Source: Acidobacteriota bacterium (GTDB taxonomy: Bacteria > Acidobacteriota > UBA890 > WLXD01). Taken from it: a stretch of 64,000 nt of DNA. A program made the translations under genes and the position numbers. Numbering within the stretch: position 1 is the first letter of the stretch; each line of letters begins with the position of its first letter. Of the stretch, positions 1 through 10,322 are shown piece after piece. The notes below the pieces were generated by a model. It saw only the letters and a program-made list of their open reading frames with translations. It was not told where the DNA came from and did no database searches. The stretch covers positions 3,776,001 through 3,840,000 of the forward strand of contig CBDFKD010000002.1 of assembly GCA_965248695.1 (NCBI GenBank), read 5' to 3'.

Positions 1-1
1 C

Positions 2-355
2 GAATATTTACAGACCCCACGCCAGCTGGTCGAGTACAAGCAGTACTCGATGTGCATCAACTGCATGCTGTGTTACGCGGCGTGCCCCGTCTACGCGCAC
101 GACACGACGTTCTTGGGCCCGGCGGCGATTGCCCTCGGCCAGCGCTACAACATGGATTCGCGCGATCAGGGAAGGGATCAGCGCCAGGAGGTGATCGCCA
201 GCCACGAAGGAATCTGGAAGTGCACCTTCGTCGGCGAGTGTAGCGCCGTGTGTCCCAAGGACGTCGATCCGGCCGCCGCAATCCAACGCGCCAAGCTCTC
301 CAGCACGCTCGATTACTTCACGGAAACGCTGTTGCCCTGGGGCAAGAAGAATTGA
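2..355 (+). CDS. frdB: Fumarate reductase/succinate dehydrogenase iron-sulfur subunit, 5'-partial
   Basis: Frame open from the window edge ([29 protein letters not shown] ... [12 protein letters not shown]); 4Fe-4S/3Fe-4S Cys motifs as in FrdB; followed by FrdC/FrdD-like anchors. Confidence 0.92.
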   Translation, partial: EYLQTPRQLVEYKQYSMCINCMLCYAACPVYAHDTTFLGPAAIALGQRYNMDSRDQGRDQRQEVIASHEGIWKCTFVGECSAVCPKDVDPAAAIQRAKLSSTLDYFTETLLPWGKKN

Positions 356-732
356 GCTATCAGCGACGAGTGCCGAACACCTGGTGGCTCAAGCGGTGGC
401 CCTACTTTCTGTTCATGCTGCGGGAGCTGACCAGCGTCGGCGTCGCCGGTTACAGCGTGTTCCTCATGTTTCTGTTGTATCGACTCGGCCAAGGGCCCGA
501 GGCCTACGAGGCTGCGGTAGGCCTGATCATGTCGCCGACCAGCATCGCGTTGCACGTGCTGGCGCTGGTGCTGGCCGTGTACCACACGGTCACTTGGTTC
601 AACGTGACTCCCAAGGTCATCGTGATTCGCCTTGGCGAGGAGCGCGTCCCCGACTTCATGATTGCCGGCGCTCACTACGCCGGATGGCTCGCCGTGTCGA
701 TGATCGTCGCTTGGGCTGTATTGGGAGCGTAG
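352..732 (+). CDS. frdC: Fumarate reductase membrane anchor subunit C
   Basis: TTG start overlaps the frdB stop (TTGA); [12 protein letters not shown]...FMLRELTS and YHTVTWF motifs, three hydrophobic segments typical of FrdC. Confidence 0.88.
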   Translation: MSYQRRVPNTWWLKRWPYFLFMLRELTSVGVAGYSVFLMFLLYRLGQGPEAYEAAVGLIMSPTSIALHVLALVLAVYHTVTWFNVTPKVIVIRLGEERVPDFMIAGAHYAGWLAVSMIVAWAVLGA

Positions 733-737
733 TCATC

Positions 738-1091
738 ATGGCCAAGTCCAACGAACCGATTCTCTGGTCACTTTTCTCGGCCGGCGGGATGTTGTCGGCG
801 ATGATGCTGCCCGTGCTCATCGTCATCACCGGAATCCTCGTCCCCCTCGGTTTCGCGCCGCTGGAGTCGCTCGGCTACGAAAAGGTGCACGCCGCCGTTT
901 CGGACAATCTCCTGGTCAAGCTGATTCTGTTTGGGCTGATCTTCCTGTCGTTGTTCCACTGGGCCCACCGCTTCAAATTTGCTGTCGTCGACATGGGCCT
1001 GCAGAAGATCAAAGGGCTGATAGGCTTTGCCTGCTACGGGGGCGCGCTTGCGGGCACCGTAATCACCGCCGTGCTTCTCTGGCGGATCTAG
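738..1091 (+). CDS. frdD: Fumarate reductase membrane anchor subunit D
   Basis: MAKSNEPILWSLFSAGGMLSA N-terminus and FHWAHR motif match FrdD; ATG at 738. Confidence 0.9.
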   Translation: MAKSNEPILWSLFSAGGMLSAMMLPVLIVITGILVPLGFAPLESLGYEKVHAAVSDNLLVKLILFGLIFLSLFHWAHRFKFAVVDMGLQKIKGLIGFACYGGALAGTVITAVLLWRI

Positions 1092-1181
1092 CAGAGATCT
1101 TCCGCCACGGCCTGCTAGGGCCGTAGCTTCGACGATGCCGTCGGCGGGGCCACGAGCAACGCCCAACGCTACGGAGGTCCG

Positions 1182-1790
1182 GTGAAAGGTCGCTTCCCGC
1201 GGTCAACAAAGCGGTGCGTGTGGCGGGTATTACCGCTGCTTCTAACCTTCGTGTGGCCGGCTCCGGCGCACGCCCAGGATCCCGATCGGTTGGCGCCCGG
1301 ACCGCCACACGAGACGAATCTCGAGCTCGGCCAGCCGCCGCCGTCGGCATTCGTGCTCGAATCCATCGACGGAGCCACCTACGACCTCGCGGCGGCGCGC
1401 GGCGAGCACGCCGTGCTGCTGCTCTTCTTCCGCGGCACCTGGTGACCTTACTGCCGCGAGCAGCTCGGGCAGCTGCACGAAGTGATCGACGAGATCCGCG
1501 CCACGGGCGCCGACTTCTGGGCCATCGCCAACGACGACCCGGAAAAGCTGCGAGCCTATCGTGACGAAGAGGGGTTCGAGTTTCCGTTCCTGCTCGATCC
1601 CGACGCCGAGATCATCAAGGCATGGAGGCTGTTCAACGACGCCGATAGCCGCGGCCGCCTCATCCCGCACCCGACGGTCGTCATCCTCGATGCCGGCGGT
1701 GTGGTTCGCTACCTGTATGTCGAGACCAACTATCGATTGCGACCGCCGGCTGCGGAGGTCGTCGAGCAGCTACAACGGGCGACCCGGTAG
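1182..1790 (+). CDS. Exported AhpC/TSA (peroxiredoxin-like) selenoprotein, UxxC motif (UGA at 1443-1445)
   Basis: ORFs 1182-1445 and 1482-1790 are in the same frame. Readthrough gives LLFFRGTW-U-PYCREQLGQL, with TGA at the first Cys position of the redoxin CxxC motif. Signal peptide ending AHA-Q. Confidence 0.85.
1451..1476 (+). promoter_or_regulatory. Putative SECIS hairpin
   Basis: GCAGCT-CGGGC-AGCTGC (1460-1476) just 3' of the in-frame UGA; alternative pairing CTGCC..GGCAG (1451-1472). Confidence 0.55.
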
Positions 1791-1808
1791 CGCCCGTCTG
1801 GCGGGCAC

Positions 1809-2369
1809 ATGAACAAGGCGTTTACCAAGGAGTCGGACTTCGACCCCGGTCTCGAAGTCTCGTTCCGCCCCCGTAATGTGCTGCCGGCCGGGGTCAGGAA
1901 CTACATCACGCCCTCCGGGGCTGCCCGTCTACGGCAGGAGTTGGCGACGCTCGTCAATATCGACCGGCCGCGGTTGGCAACCGAGCTGTCGCGCCGCGCC
2001 GAGGCCGGGCGACAGGACGAGGCGGAGCATCAGGCCGACCAGCATCGGCTGCGCGAGCTCGACAAGCAGATTCGCTGGCTGAGCGACCGCATCGCCGATC
2101 TCGAGGTCATTGATTCAGCCCAGCAGGAGCGCGACACGGTGCGCTTCGGCGCCACCGTCAGAGTTGTCGACGCAGACGGCGATGAGCGCGTCTACTCCAT
2201 CGTCGGCGTTGACGAGGCGGAGCCGTCCGAGGGACGCATCAGCTGGATCTCGCCCCTGGCCAGAGCGCTGCTTTCGGCCGGCGAAGGCGACGAGGTCGTG
2301 GCCCAACTGCCACGCGGAGCCCTGGCGTTGGAGATCCTGGACATCGACTACCCGCCGGCAGGGGACTAG
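1809..2369 (+). CDS. greB: Transcription elongation factor GreB (GreA/GreB family)
   Basis: NYITPSG...L..EL, VRFGATV, IVGVDEA, ISWISPLARALL motifs. Confidence 0.85.
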   Translation: MNKAFTKESDFDPGLEVSFRPRNVLPAGVRNYITPSGAARLRQELATLVNIDRPRLATELSRRAEAGRQDEAEHQADQHRLRELDKQIRWLSDRIADLEVIDSAQQERDTVRFGATVRVVDADGDERVYSIVGVDEAEPSEGRISWISPLARALLSAGEGDEVVAQLPRGALALEILDIDYPPAGD

Positions 2370-2568
2370 CAGACCGTGGTGGAAGTGTGATGGGTCTGGC
2401 GTAACCCTTCGGGCAAGTGGGAGTTACGGGCGACTGGCGGCGTCGCTCTTCCTCAACGATGGCTCCAGCATCGGGTCGTCGTCGATCCTCGCCCTCGCCC
2501 ACCCCGTCCGTGAGCAGACCTGGCCGGGAAATCCGCCGGTTGCCGCGGGGCGCTCCGGGCTGGATCGG

Positions 2569-3852
2569 TCACCGCCGGTAGGCAGAGATGACCCAGTTCC
2601 GGTCGCCGGCCGGTCGTTCTACGCTGCCGGCGACGGCCAGGTGGCGGCCGCTGGTGGCGACGGCAAGCCCGATTGCCTCTCCGATGCCGAGGTTGGCGAT
2701 GCCGCCCCAGTCAATGCGTCCGCTGTCGTCATAGCCGCGCAGCAACAGGCCGCCGTCGTCACGCGCGCGGCGCGCCGCCGTGCCGGTCGCAACGATGGTC
2801 CCATCCGCCACAGCCAGCGCAGCGATTCCGCCGCGCTGGAGGGGCCCGTCGGCGCCTACCCAGCGCAACGTGCCGGTGTCGGCATCGTAACTCCGTAGCA
2901 CCGGAAGCGAGCGCGCCCTGAAAACCGAGCCGGCGATCACCACGTTGCCGTTGATGTGCACCAGCGCGGTAGTGGTCGAGCCGGCGTCGAAGCTGCTGTA
3001 GGGGGTGTCCAGCCAGCGCACCTCGCCCGATGCCGGATCCAGGCCGCGCACCTCCATGCGACTCAGCCCGAGGCCGATCTCGTAGAGATCGCCGGCCACT
3101 ACGAGCGTATTGTCGATCAGCGCCAGGCCGTTGGCAGAGTTGATCTGGCTCCCGAAGGTGTTCTCCCACAGACGCTCCCCGGTGCGGGCATCGTAGGCGC
3201 GGACGACATACGGCGCCGACCGGCCGAGCACCGTGTCGCGGTCGCCGGCGACGTAGACGCGTTCGGCAGTTGCCGTGACCTGCGTGGCGCGCTCGAAGGC
3301 GAAGAAATCGGGCGACGCGTTGTCTTCCCACAGCGCCGTGCCGTTGCGAGCATCATAGGCGCGCACCAGGATCGCATCGTTGGCGGTACCGACGACGAAG
3401 AGGCGGCGTGCGGCGATTGTCGCGCGGCGGAGAAAATCGGTGGTGCCGGCCAACTCGTCGCTGGCGGACCATCGCATCGACCCGTCGGCCAGAGCGTAGG
3501 CGTGCACGAAGCTGCCGCGCGGCCGACGGCCGAAGGGAACCTCGGAGTTGCCGACGACGAACACGCTGTTACGCCAGGTGGCCATGTCGGCAATACGTTC
3601 CACACCGCCATCATCGAAGGGCTCGAGCCAGAGTTGCCCGCCGTCGCGGCGGTCGAGAGCAGCAACCACCGCGTCGGTGTCGTCGCCGCCCCGGCCCGCG
3701 ACAACGACCCGATTGCGAAGCAACGCCACGGCCGCCGGAACATCGTCGTTGCCGCCCAGATCGAGCTCCGTTTGCCAGATCTCGATGGGTGCGGCGTGAG
3801 ATGTCGTCCCCTCATGGCATCGAGTATGTGGCGCCGCCGGGCCGGGTGCCAC
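2569..3852 (-). CDS. PQQ-like beta-propeller repeat protein; start uncertain, possibly 5'-truncated
   Basis: Repeated (V)RAYDAxxGxxLW blades; no clear signal peptide or ATG; nearest in-frame GTG at 3852. Confidence 0.7.
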   Translation of the reverse strand: MAPGPAAPHTRCHEGTTSHAAPIEIWQTELDLGGNDDVPAAVALLRNRVVVAGRGGDDTDAVVAALDRRDGGQLWLEPFDDGGVERIADMATWRNSVFVVGNSEVPFGRRPRGSFVHAYALADGSMRWSASDELAGTTDFLRRATIAARRLFVVGTANDAILVRAYDARNGTALWEDNASPDFFAFERATQVTATAERVYVAGDRDTVLGRSAPYVVRAYDARTGERLWENTFGSQINSANGLALIDNTLVVAGDLYEIGLGLSRMEVRGLDPASGEVRWLDTPYSSFDAGSTTTALVHINGNVVIAGSVFRARSLPVLRSYDADTGTLRWVGADGPLQRGGIAALAVADGTIVATGTAARRARDDGGLLLRGYDDSGRIDWGGIANLGIGEAIGLAVATSGRHLAVAGSVERPAGDRNWVISAYRR

Positions 3853-3884
3853 TTCTGGCGCCAGGGCTTGTGTACACTCAATCG

Positions 3885-5768
3885 ATGATGAGCGGCCTCT
3901 CGAAGCGCGTGTGCGTTGCGACTCTGGCTGCTGCTGCGGCGGCAGGCGCACAAGAGACGCAACGGCTCGTGGTACCCGATCCGGATATCGGCGCAGGCAC
4001 CCTCGCCACGCGGCGCGCGGCGCAGTTGCGAGCCGCCGCCGAGATCGGCGTGTTCCATGACTTCGCGTTCGCCGACCGTATCGTTGACAGCGGCATCGAT
4101 TTCGTCCATCAGGCTGTTGACGACGGTGGCAAGACGTACAAGGCGGCCCACTACGACCACGGGAACGGCCTGGCGGTCGCCGACGTCGACGGTGATGGTC
4201 TGCTGGATCTGTATTTCGTCAACCAGCTCGGCGGAAACGGGCTGTTCCGCAACCTCGGTGGCGGACGCTTCGCCAACGTCACGGCGGCGGCCGGGGTGGG
4301 GCTGGACGACCGTATCTGCGTGTCGGCCTCGTTTGCCGACGTCGACAACGACGGCGACTCCGACCTGTTCGTCACTACTGTGCGCATGGGCAACGTTCTG
4401 TTCCAGAACGATGGCGCCGGCAACTTCGACGACGTGACAGACCGCTCCGGGCTGGGTTACACGGGCCATTCGTCCGGTGCGGTGTTCTTCGACTACGATC
4501 GCGATGGCCTCCTCGACCTCTACGTTGCCAACGTCGGTGAATACACCACCGACGAACGTGGACGGGGCGGCTTCTATGTCGCTCACGAGGACGCATTCTC
4601 GGGCCATCTGACCGCAGACCGGGCCGAGAGCAGCGTCCTGTACAGGAATCTCGGGAACAGCCGCTTCGCTGACGTGACGGTGGCTGCCGGCGTACTAGAC
4701 GACGCCTGGAGCGGTGACGCGATTGTCGTCGATCCGAACGCCGACGGCTTCCCGGACCTGTACGTGTTGAACATGCAGGGCAACGACCGCTACTACGAGA
4801 ACCGCCAGGGGACGGGGTTCGTCGAGCGCACCGCGGAGGTGTTCTCCAAGACCCCTTGGGGGACCATGGGCGTCAACTCGTTCGACTACGACAACGACGG
4901 CGACTTCGATCTGCTGCTCACTGACATGCACTCCGACATGAGCGCCGAGGTGGGTCCGGCAGCCGAACATCTCAAGCCCCGCATCGACAACCCGGAGCAG
5001 TTCTACGCCGAGCCCGATGACAACCTGCTGGGCAACGCGTTCTATCGCCGTAGCGATGGCTCATTCGACGAGATCTCGGACACCATCGGGCTGGAGAACT
5101 ACTGGCCGTGGGGTACCAGCGTCGGCGACATCAACGCCGACGGTTGGCAGGACGTGTTCATCGGCTCGAGCATGAACTACCCATTCCGCTACGGGATCAA
5201 CGCGCTGAAGCTCAACGATGCCGCCCGCCGGTTCGTGGATGCGGAGTTCGTGCTCGGGATCGAGCCCCGCCGCGATGGTCAGGCGCACACCGCCTGGTTC
5301 GACTTGGACTGCTCGGGGGCTGATAGCGCTCATCACCGTTGTGAGGGCCTCAGCGGCCCCGTCGCGGTGTTCGGTGCCCTCGGTACGCGGTCGGCGGCCA
5401 TTATCGACGTCGACGATGATGGCGATCTGGATATCGTCACCAACGAGTTCGGATCGCGGCCACAACTGCTGCTGAGCGATCTGAGCGAGCGACGCGAGGT
5501 TCACTGGCTGGCGTTGCGCCTGCAGAGCGAGAGCAGCAACCGCGACGGCATTGGTGCACGCCTCACGGTCCGCGCCGGTGACCGTACCTACACGCGCTTC
5601 ATCGACGGCAAGTCGGGATACATGACGCAGAGCTCGGTGCCGGCGTATTTCGGCCTCGACGACGCCACTAGTGTCGACGAGATCCGGGTCGTGTGGCCGA
5701 ACGGCAACGAGCAGGTCATCGACGGTCCGATCGATATCGACCGCTCCCTGGTCGTCACCGAGGAGTAG
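3885..5768 (+). CDS. CRTAC1/ASPIC-UnbV family FG-GAP repeat protein
   Basis: Many DxDGDGxxD Ca-binding repeats; C-terminal NRDGIGAR...SGYMTQSS..YFGL...VVWPNG; signal peptide. Confidence 0.88.
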   Translation: MMSGLSKRVCVATLAAAAAAGAQETQRLVVPDPDIGAGTLATRRAAQLRAAAEIGVFHDFAFADRIVDSGIDFVHQAVDDGGKTYKAAHYDHGNGLAVADVDGDGLLDLYFVNQLGGNGLFRNLGGGRFANVTAAAGVGLDDRICVSASFADVDNDGDSDLFVTTVRMGNVLFQNDGAGNFDDVTDRSGLGYTGHSSGAVFFDYDRDGLLDLYVANVGEYTTDERGRGGFYVAHEDAFSGHLTADRAESSVLYRNLGNSRFADVTVAAGVLDDAWSGDAIVVDPNADGFPDLYVLNMQGNDRYYENRQGTGFVERTAEVFSKTPWGTMGVNSFDYDNDGDFDLLLTDMHSDMSAEVGPAAEHLKPRIDNPEQFYAEPDDNLLGNAFYRRSDGSFDEISDTIGLENYWPWGTSVGDINADGWQDVFIGSSMNYPFRYGINALKLNDAARRFVDAEFVLGIEPRRDGQAHTAWFDLDCSGADSAHHRCEGLSGPVAVFGALGTRSAAIIDVDDDGDLDIVTNEFGSRPQLLLSDLSERREVHWLALRLQSESSNRDGIGARLTVRAGDRTYTRFIDGKSGYMTQSSVPAYFGLDDATSVDEIRVVWPNGNEQVIDGPIDIDRSLVVTEE

Positions 5769-5778
5769 CTACCTGCCG

Positions 5779-7494
5779 ATGCGAGCTACGCGCGCTCGCG
5801 AGCCCGTCCACCGGACAGTCGAGTGCCTTTGCTCCACGGTGATCGGCATTGGCTTGGTATTCGCCGGCGCGCACGGTGTACGTCCGGCGCACGCCGCATG
5901 GACGGCCCCGTCGACGACGCAGACGGAGGCGTTCGACGCCACGATGGCCGAGGGACGAGCTGCGCTGGGCCGAGGCGAAGCCGCCGCAGCGGTGGCCGCC
6001 TTCCGACGCGCCGTAGAGCTACGGCCACAGAGCGCCGCAGCGCTGACGCTGCTTGGTGTGAGCTGGCTGCGAGCTGGCGACGTCGAGGCGGCCGTCCGGA
6101 TGCTGGATGGCGCTGTGGCGGCGGATCCGGAAGATCTCGGTGCACGTCACACGCGGGTCCAGGTGCTGCTCGCCGCGGAACGGCCGCTAGATGCCGTCGA
6201 GGACGCTCGTGAGCTCGTTCGTCGGACGCCGGGCGAGTTCGGCGGTCTGGCGCTCCTGGGCCGGATTCAGCTCGAGCTCGGACGGTACGGCGAGGCTCTC
6301 GAGGTGCTTACCGGAGCCGCGGCGGTGCGTCCGGACGACCCGGGCGTGCTGTACGGGCGTTCCGTGGCACTGGTGGAGCTGGGGCGCGGCGAAGAGGCGC
6401 TGCCGTTGCTGAGCCGGCTGGTGAACGATGTGCCGGATAGCTTTGCTGGCTGGGCGCTGTTCGCCGGCGTCCTACGGCAGCGGTCCGACATCGAGTCCCT
6501 GGTAACCGCGGCCGAGTCGTACGAGCGTGCTCTCGACGTCCGCCCGGCGGACCCGGCGACGGTTCACTCGCTGGCTTCGTTATTCGGCGAGCTCGGGCTC
6601 TACCTCAGAGGGGCGGCGACGATCGATGCCGCAGGCGGGGCGATCGCTGCTGATCCGGTTGTCCAGCTGCTCCGGGGTCGCCTGCTGGCGCAGGCCGGGA
6701 GCTTTGCGGCCGCCGTACCGGCCTATCAGCGGGCGCTCGATCTCGAAGCGAGTGCCGAGGCGTGGACGCACCTCGGGGTGGCCTACGCGGCGCTGGCGGA
6801 TTCGGAAGGTGCCATCGACGCGTTCACGAATGCGGTGCGGGCAGACGCTCTCGACGCCGAGGCACAGCTCGGACTGGGGGAGCAACTGCTCGCCAATGGT
6901 CGCATCGCGGCGGCGATCGATAGCCTGACCCAGGCAGCTCTGCTGCTGCCGGACAGCAGTCGCGCCCAGCATCTGATGGGCAAGGCGCTTGACGCCTCGG
7001 GTGACGTCGCGGGAGCGGTTGCAACGCTACGATTTGCCGCTGATCTGGATCCGTCCAACGTCGACCCGTTGATGGATCTGGCCGCCGTTTTGGAGCGTCT
7101 CGACGACGTTGCCGGGGCCCGTACCGTGCGCGACGAGATCGATGCTGTAGCGCGCCCGCCGGGCAGCCCTGGCGCGGCATCGGTCACCGAGGTCGGGCAA
7201 TTACTTCGCGATGGCTACGTTCAACTCCGGCTCGGCGACGCTGCTCGGGCCGTCGAGCTTCTCGGCGACGTCGTTGGGCAAGAGCCCGACAACGAGGGGG
7301 CGCGTTTCTTCCTCGGCCGCGCGCTGGCCTCAGTAGGCGACGTGGAGCAAGCGATTGCCAGCCTGGAGGCGGCCCAGCAGCTCAACCCGTTCCGTGCCGA
7401 GACCTACGCCGCCCTGGCCGATCTGTACGAGCGAGTGGGTCGGTCGTCGGATGCACGGCGCGCACGGCAGGAGGCGGCGCGCCTGCGCCGTTGA
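5779..7494 (+). CDS. Tetratricopeptide repeat protein
   Basis: Ala/Leu-rich TPR repeats (AxxxxPxxxxA..LG); N-terminal export signal; follows the CRTAC1-family gene. Confidence 0.82.
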   Translation: MRATRAREPVHRTVECLCSTVIGIGLVFAGAHGVRPAHAAWTAPSTTQTEAFDATMAEGRAALGRGEAAAAVAAFRRAVELRPQSAAALTLLGVSWLRAGDVEAAVRMLDGAVAADPEDLGARHTRVQVLLAAERPLDAVEDARELVRRTPGEFGGLALLGRIQLELGRYGEALEVLTGAAAVRPDDPGVLYGRSVALVELGRGEEALPLLSRLVNDVPDSFAGWALFAGVLRQRSDIESLVTAAESYERALDVRPADPATVHSLASLFGELGLYLRGAATIDAAGGAIAADPVVQLLRGRLLAQAGSFAAAVPAYQRALDLEASAEAWTHLGVAYAALADSEGAIDAFTNAVRADALDAEAQLGLGEQLLANGRIAAAIDSLTQAALLLPDSSRAQHLMGKALDASGDVAGAVATLRFAADLDPSNVDPLMDLAAVLERLDDVAGARTVRDEIDAVARPPGSPGAASVTEVGQLLRDGYVQLRLGDAARAVELLGDVVGQEPDNEGARFFLGRALASVGDVEQAIASLEAAQQLNPFRAETYAALADLYERVGRSSDARRARQEAARLRR

Positions 7495-7587
7495 GGTTTG
7501 GCCTAAGCTTCCCTCGGAGCATCGGGGATGCTACAACCGTTGTGGACGTCACGGTCGGGTGATCCGGGACGAGATTGGAGAGCGTAG

Positions 7588-8607
7588 ATGGAGCCAGCCG
7601 CCGCTGCCGATGCCAAGACCTGGCTACGGTTGACGATGAAGTACCAGAAGCCTGAGCCACTGCGTAGCGCGTGGCAACTGGTGAACTCGCTCGTGCCATA
7701 CGTGGTGCTCTGGTACTTGATGGTTCGCAGCCTGGAAGTGTCGTATTGGCTGACGCTGCTACTGGCGCCGTTGGCGGCCGGATTCATGATCCGCCTATTC
7801 ATCATCTTCCACGACTGCGGTCACGGCGCGTTCTTCAGATCCAAGCGCCTCAACGATCTGGTCGGTTACGTCACCGGCGTGATGACGTTCACGCCCTACT
7901 ATCGCTGGCGCCACGATCACGCCAAGCACCATGCCACCTCGGGCGATCTGGATCGGCGCGACATGGGCGGCGAGATTTGGACGCTCACGGTGGATGAGTA
8001 CCTTGCGGCGCCGCTGCTGACCCGCTTCCGATACCGTGTCTATCGTCATCCGTTCGTGATGTTCATCGTCGGCCCTATGTTTCTGTTCGCGGTGGCGCAA
8101 CGACTCACGTCCCGAACCGAGCGCAAGCGCGAGCGCAACAGCGTCTGGTGGACGAATCTCGGTGTGCTGTTCCTCGTCAGTGGACTGGTGACCGCCATGG
8201 GCCTCAAGGCCTATCTGATGATCCAGCTGCCGATCAGCCTTATCGCGGGAGCGACCGGCGTCTGGTTGTTCTACGTCCAGCACCAGTTCGAGTCGGTCTA
8301 CTGGGAACGACACGAGAACTGGGACTACTATCCCGCAGCGCTCCACGGCAGCTCGTTTTACCGATTGCCTCGTATCCTGCAGTGGTTCTCCGGCAACATT
8401 GGCTACCACCACATCCATCACCTCTGCCCGCGGATCCCGAACTACTTCTTGCAGCGGTGCCACGAAGAAAACCCGACGCTGGCGGCGATTCCGTCGATCA
8501 CGTTGCTGACCAGCCTGCGCTCGCTGGGTTTTCGACTGTGGGACGAGGAGCGCCGAGAGATGGTCGGGTTCGGGTACCTCCGGGGGTACAAGCGAGCGCG
8601 GGCCTGA
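7588..8607 (+). CDS. Membrane fatty acid desaturase (Des-like)
   Basis: His boxes HDCGH, HAKHH and HHIHH; YVQHQF motif. Confidence 0.92.
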   Translation: MEPAAAADAKTWLRLTMKYQKPEPLRSAWQLVNSLVPYVVLWYLMVRSLEVSYWLTLLLAPLAAGFMIRLFIIFHDCGHGAFFRSKRLNDLVGYVTGVMTFTPYYRWRHDHAKHHATSGDLDRRDMGGEIWTLTVDEYLAAPLLTRFRYRVYRHPFVMFIVGPMFLFAVAQRLTSRTERKRERNSVWWTNLGVLFLVSGLVTAMGLKAYLMIQLPISLIAGATGVWLFYVQHQFESVYWERHENWDYYPAALHGSSFYRLPRILQWFSGNIGYHHIHHLCPRIPNYFLQRCHEENPTLAAIPSITLLTSLRSLGFRLWDEERREMVGFGYLRGYKRARA

Positions 8608-8723
8608 GGACGATCTCGAACCGTCCGGCCTGCTGAGCGCCTGGCGCCACCGGCCGCCGCCATCGGGCGGCCTCCTCACATCCGTGACATCATGCGTTCG
8701 ACGAACGCATTCTCGCCGCGGCG

Positions 8724-10322
8724 ATGTCACGCGCGGTTTCAAAGGAAGAAAAAGGAGGGAGCTTGGCAAGACAGAGACGTCCGGGCCCGCGACGTCTGTC
8801 GCGTCGACGCCGGGACGAGGCGCTGAAGGCACGGGCCGAGGATCCGGACAATTCCGACGCTGCAGTCGATCCCGCTGCAGCGGAAGCCGAGGACGTCGTC
8901 GAACCGGAGGACGCGCTTCCGGAGATCGGATTCGAGGAGCTGCCGGACCCTCTGCAGGCGGCCGCGGCGCGAGCTGGTTGGTCGACCCTGATGCCGGTCC
9001 AGGCCAAGGCGATCCCGTACATGCTCGCCGGACGCGATCTGATGATCCAGTCGCGCACCGGCAGCGGCAAGACGGGCGCATTCTTGTTGCCGATCATCGA
9101 TCGCCTGGATCCGGACGATCGCCAGTGCCAGGCGCTGATACTGGTACCCACTCGCGAGCTCGCCAAGCAGCTGGTTACCGCCGCCGAGGAGCTCAGCGCG
9201 GATACCGGCCTGCTCCCCACTGCGGTCTACGGTGGCGTCGCCTACGGACCGCAGCTCGAGGCCTTCGAGCGTGGCGCTCATCTCGTTGTCGGCACGCCGG
9301 GTCGGGTGCTGGATCACCTGCTCAAACGAAACCTGACGCTCGACGGGTTGAAGAACCTGGTCTTCGACGAAGCGGATCGCATGCTCTCGATGGGTTTCTA
9401 CCCCGACATGAAGCGGTTGCAGGAGTTCTTGCCGAAGAAGCGGATCAGCGGCTCGATGTTCTCTGCTACCTTCCCGCCGCACGTGCGCAACCTCGCCAGC
9501 GAGTTTCTCGAGACGCCGGAGTTCCTCAGCCTCAGTCGCGATCGCATTCATGTGGCGTCCACCGAGCATGTGTTCTACGACGTGCCGTCGATGGACAAAG
9601 ACCGCAACTTGATGCGCATCATCGAGATCGAGAACCCCGCCTCGGCGATCGTGTTTTGCAACACCAAGGCCGACGTCCACTACGTGGCGGTGGTGCTGAA
9701 ACGCTTCGGCTACGACGCCGATGAGCTCAGCTCGGATCTCGCGCAGGCGGCGCGCGAGAAGGTCCTCGACCGCGTGCGTCGGGGCAAGCTACGGTTTCTC
9801 GTGGCTACCGACGTTGCGGCACGAGGTATTGACATCCACGAGCTCTCACACGTGATTCAGTACGGTCCTCCGAAGGACGCGGAGAGCTATATCCATCGTG
9901 TCGGGCGCACGAGTCGCGCGGGCGCCACGGGAGAGGCGCTGACGCTGGTGTCTGGCCTGGAGGGGATTCATCTGCGACACATCGCGCGCACCTACAGCAT
10001 CGATCTTCAGGAGCGGCCAGCACCGACGAAGGCGGAGGTCGAACGGATCGTCGGGCAGCGCGTCGTCGCCCTGCTCGAGGCGCGGTTGCGCGATCGGAGC
10101 AGCCTGCAAACCGAGCGCATGCAGCGGTTCGTTCCCCTTGCGCGCAGCCTGGGGGAGAGCGAGGACGAGGTCTCCGTGGTCGCTATGCTGCTGGACGACT
10201 ACTATCAGGAGAGCCTGCATGCGCCGCTTGGCGAGCCGGTGGCAGCGGATCCGGAGCCAGCCGCTGAGGCACGGCCTCCGGCGCGTCGCAACCGGAAGCC
10301 TCGCCGGCGCGGCGGTCGCTGA
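8724..10322 (+). CDS. DEAD-box RNA helicase
   Basis: Q motif, TGSGKT, PTRELA, GTPGR, DEAD, SAT, HRVGRTSR; basic C-terminal tail. Start could be further downstream. Confidence 0.93.
   Translation: MSRAVSKEEKGGSLARQRRPGPRRLSRRRRDEALKARAEDPDNSDAAVDPAAAEAEDVVEPEDALPEIGFEELPDPLQAAAARAGWSTLMPVQAKAIPYMLAGRDLMIQSRTGSGKTGAFLLPIIDRLDPDDRQCQALILVPTRELAKQLVTAAEELSADTGLLPTAVYGGVAYGPQLEAFERGAHLVVGTPGRVLDHLLKRNLTLDGLKNLVFDEADRMLSMGFYPDMKRLQEFLPKKRISGSMFSATFPPHVRNLASEFLETPEFLSLSRDRIHVASTEHVFYDVPSMDKDRNLMRIIEIENPASAIVFCNTKADVHYVAVVLKRFGYDADELSSDLAQAAREKVLDRVRRGKLRFLVATDVAARGIDIHELSHVIQYGPPKDAESYIHRVGRTSRAGATGEALTLVSGLEGIHLRHIARTYSIDLQERPAPTKAEVERIVGQRVVALLEARLRDRSSLQTERMQRFVPLARSLGESEDEVSVVAMLLDDYYQESLHAPLGEPVAADPEPAAEARPPARRNRKPRRRGGR

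Noticed and set aside
10260-10322. Arg-rich tail of the DEAD-box helicase as part of the poly-Arg docking pattern
   Set aside because: Basic tails are normal RNA-binding features of these helicases; it also shows that GC-rich genes can carry such tails.
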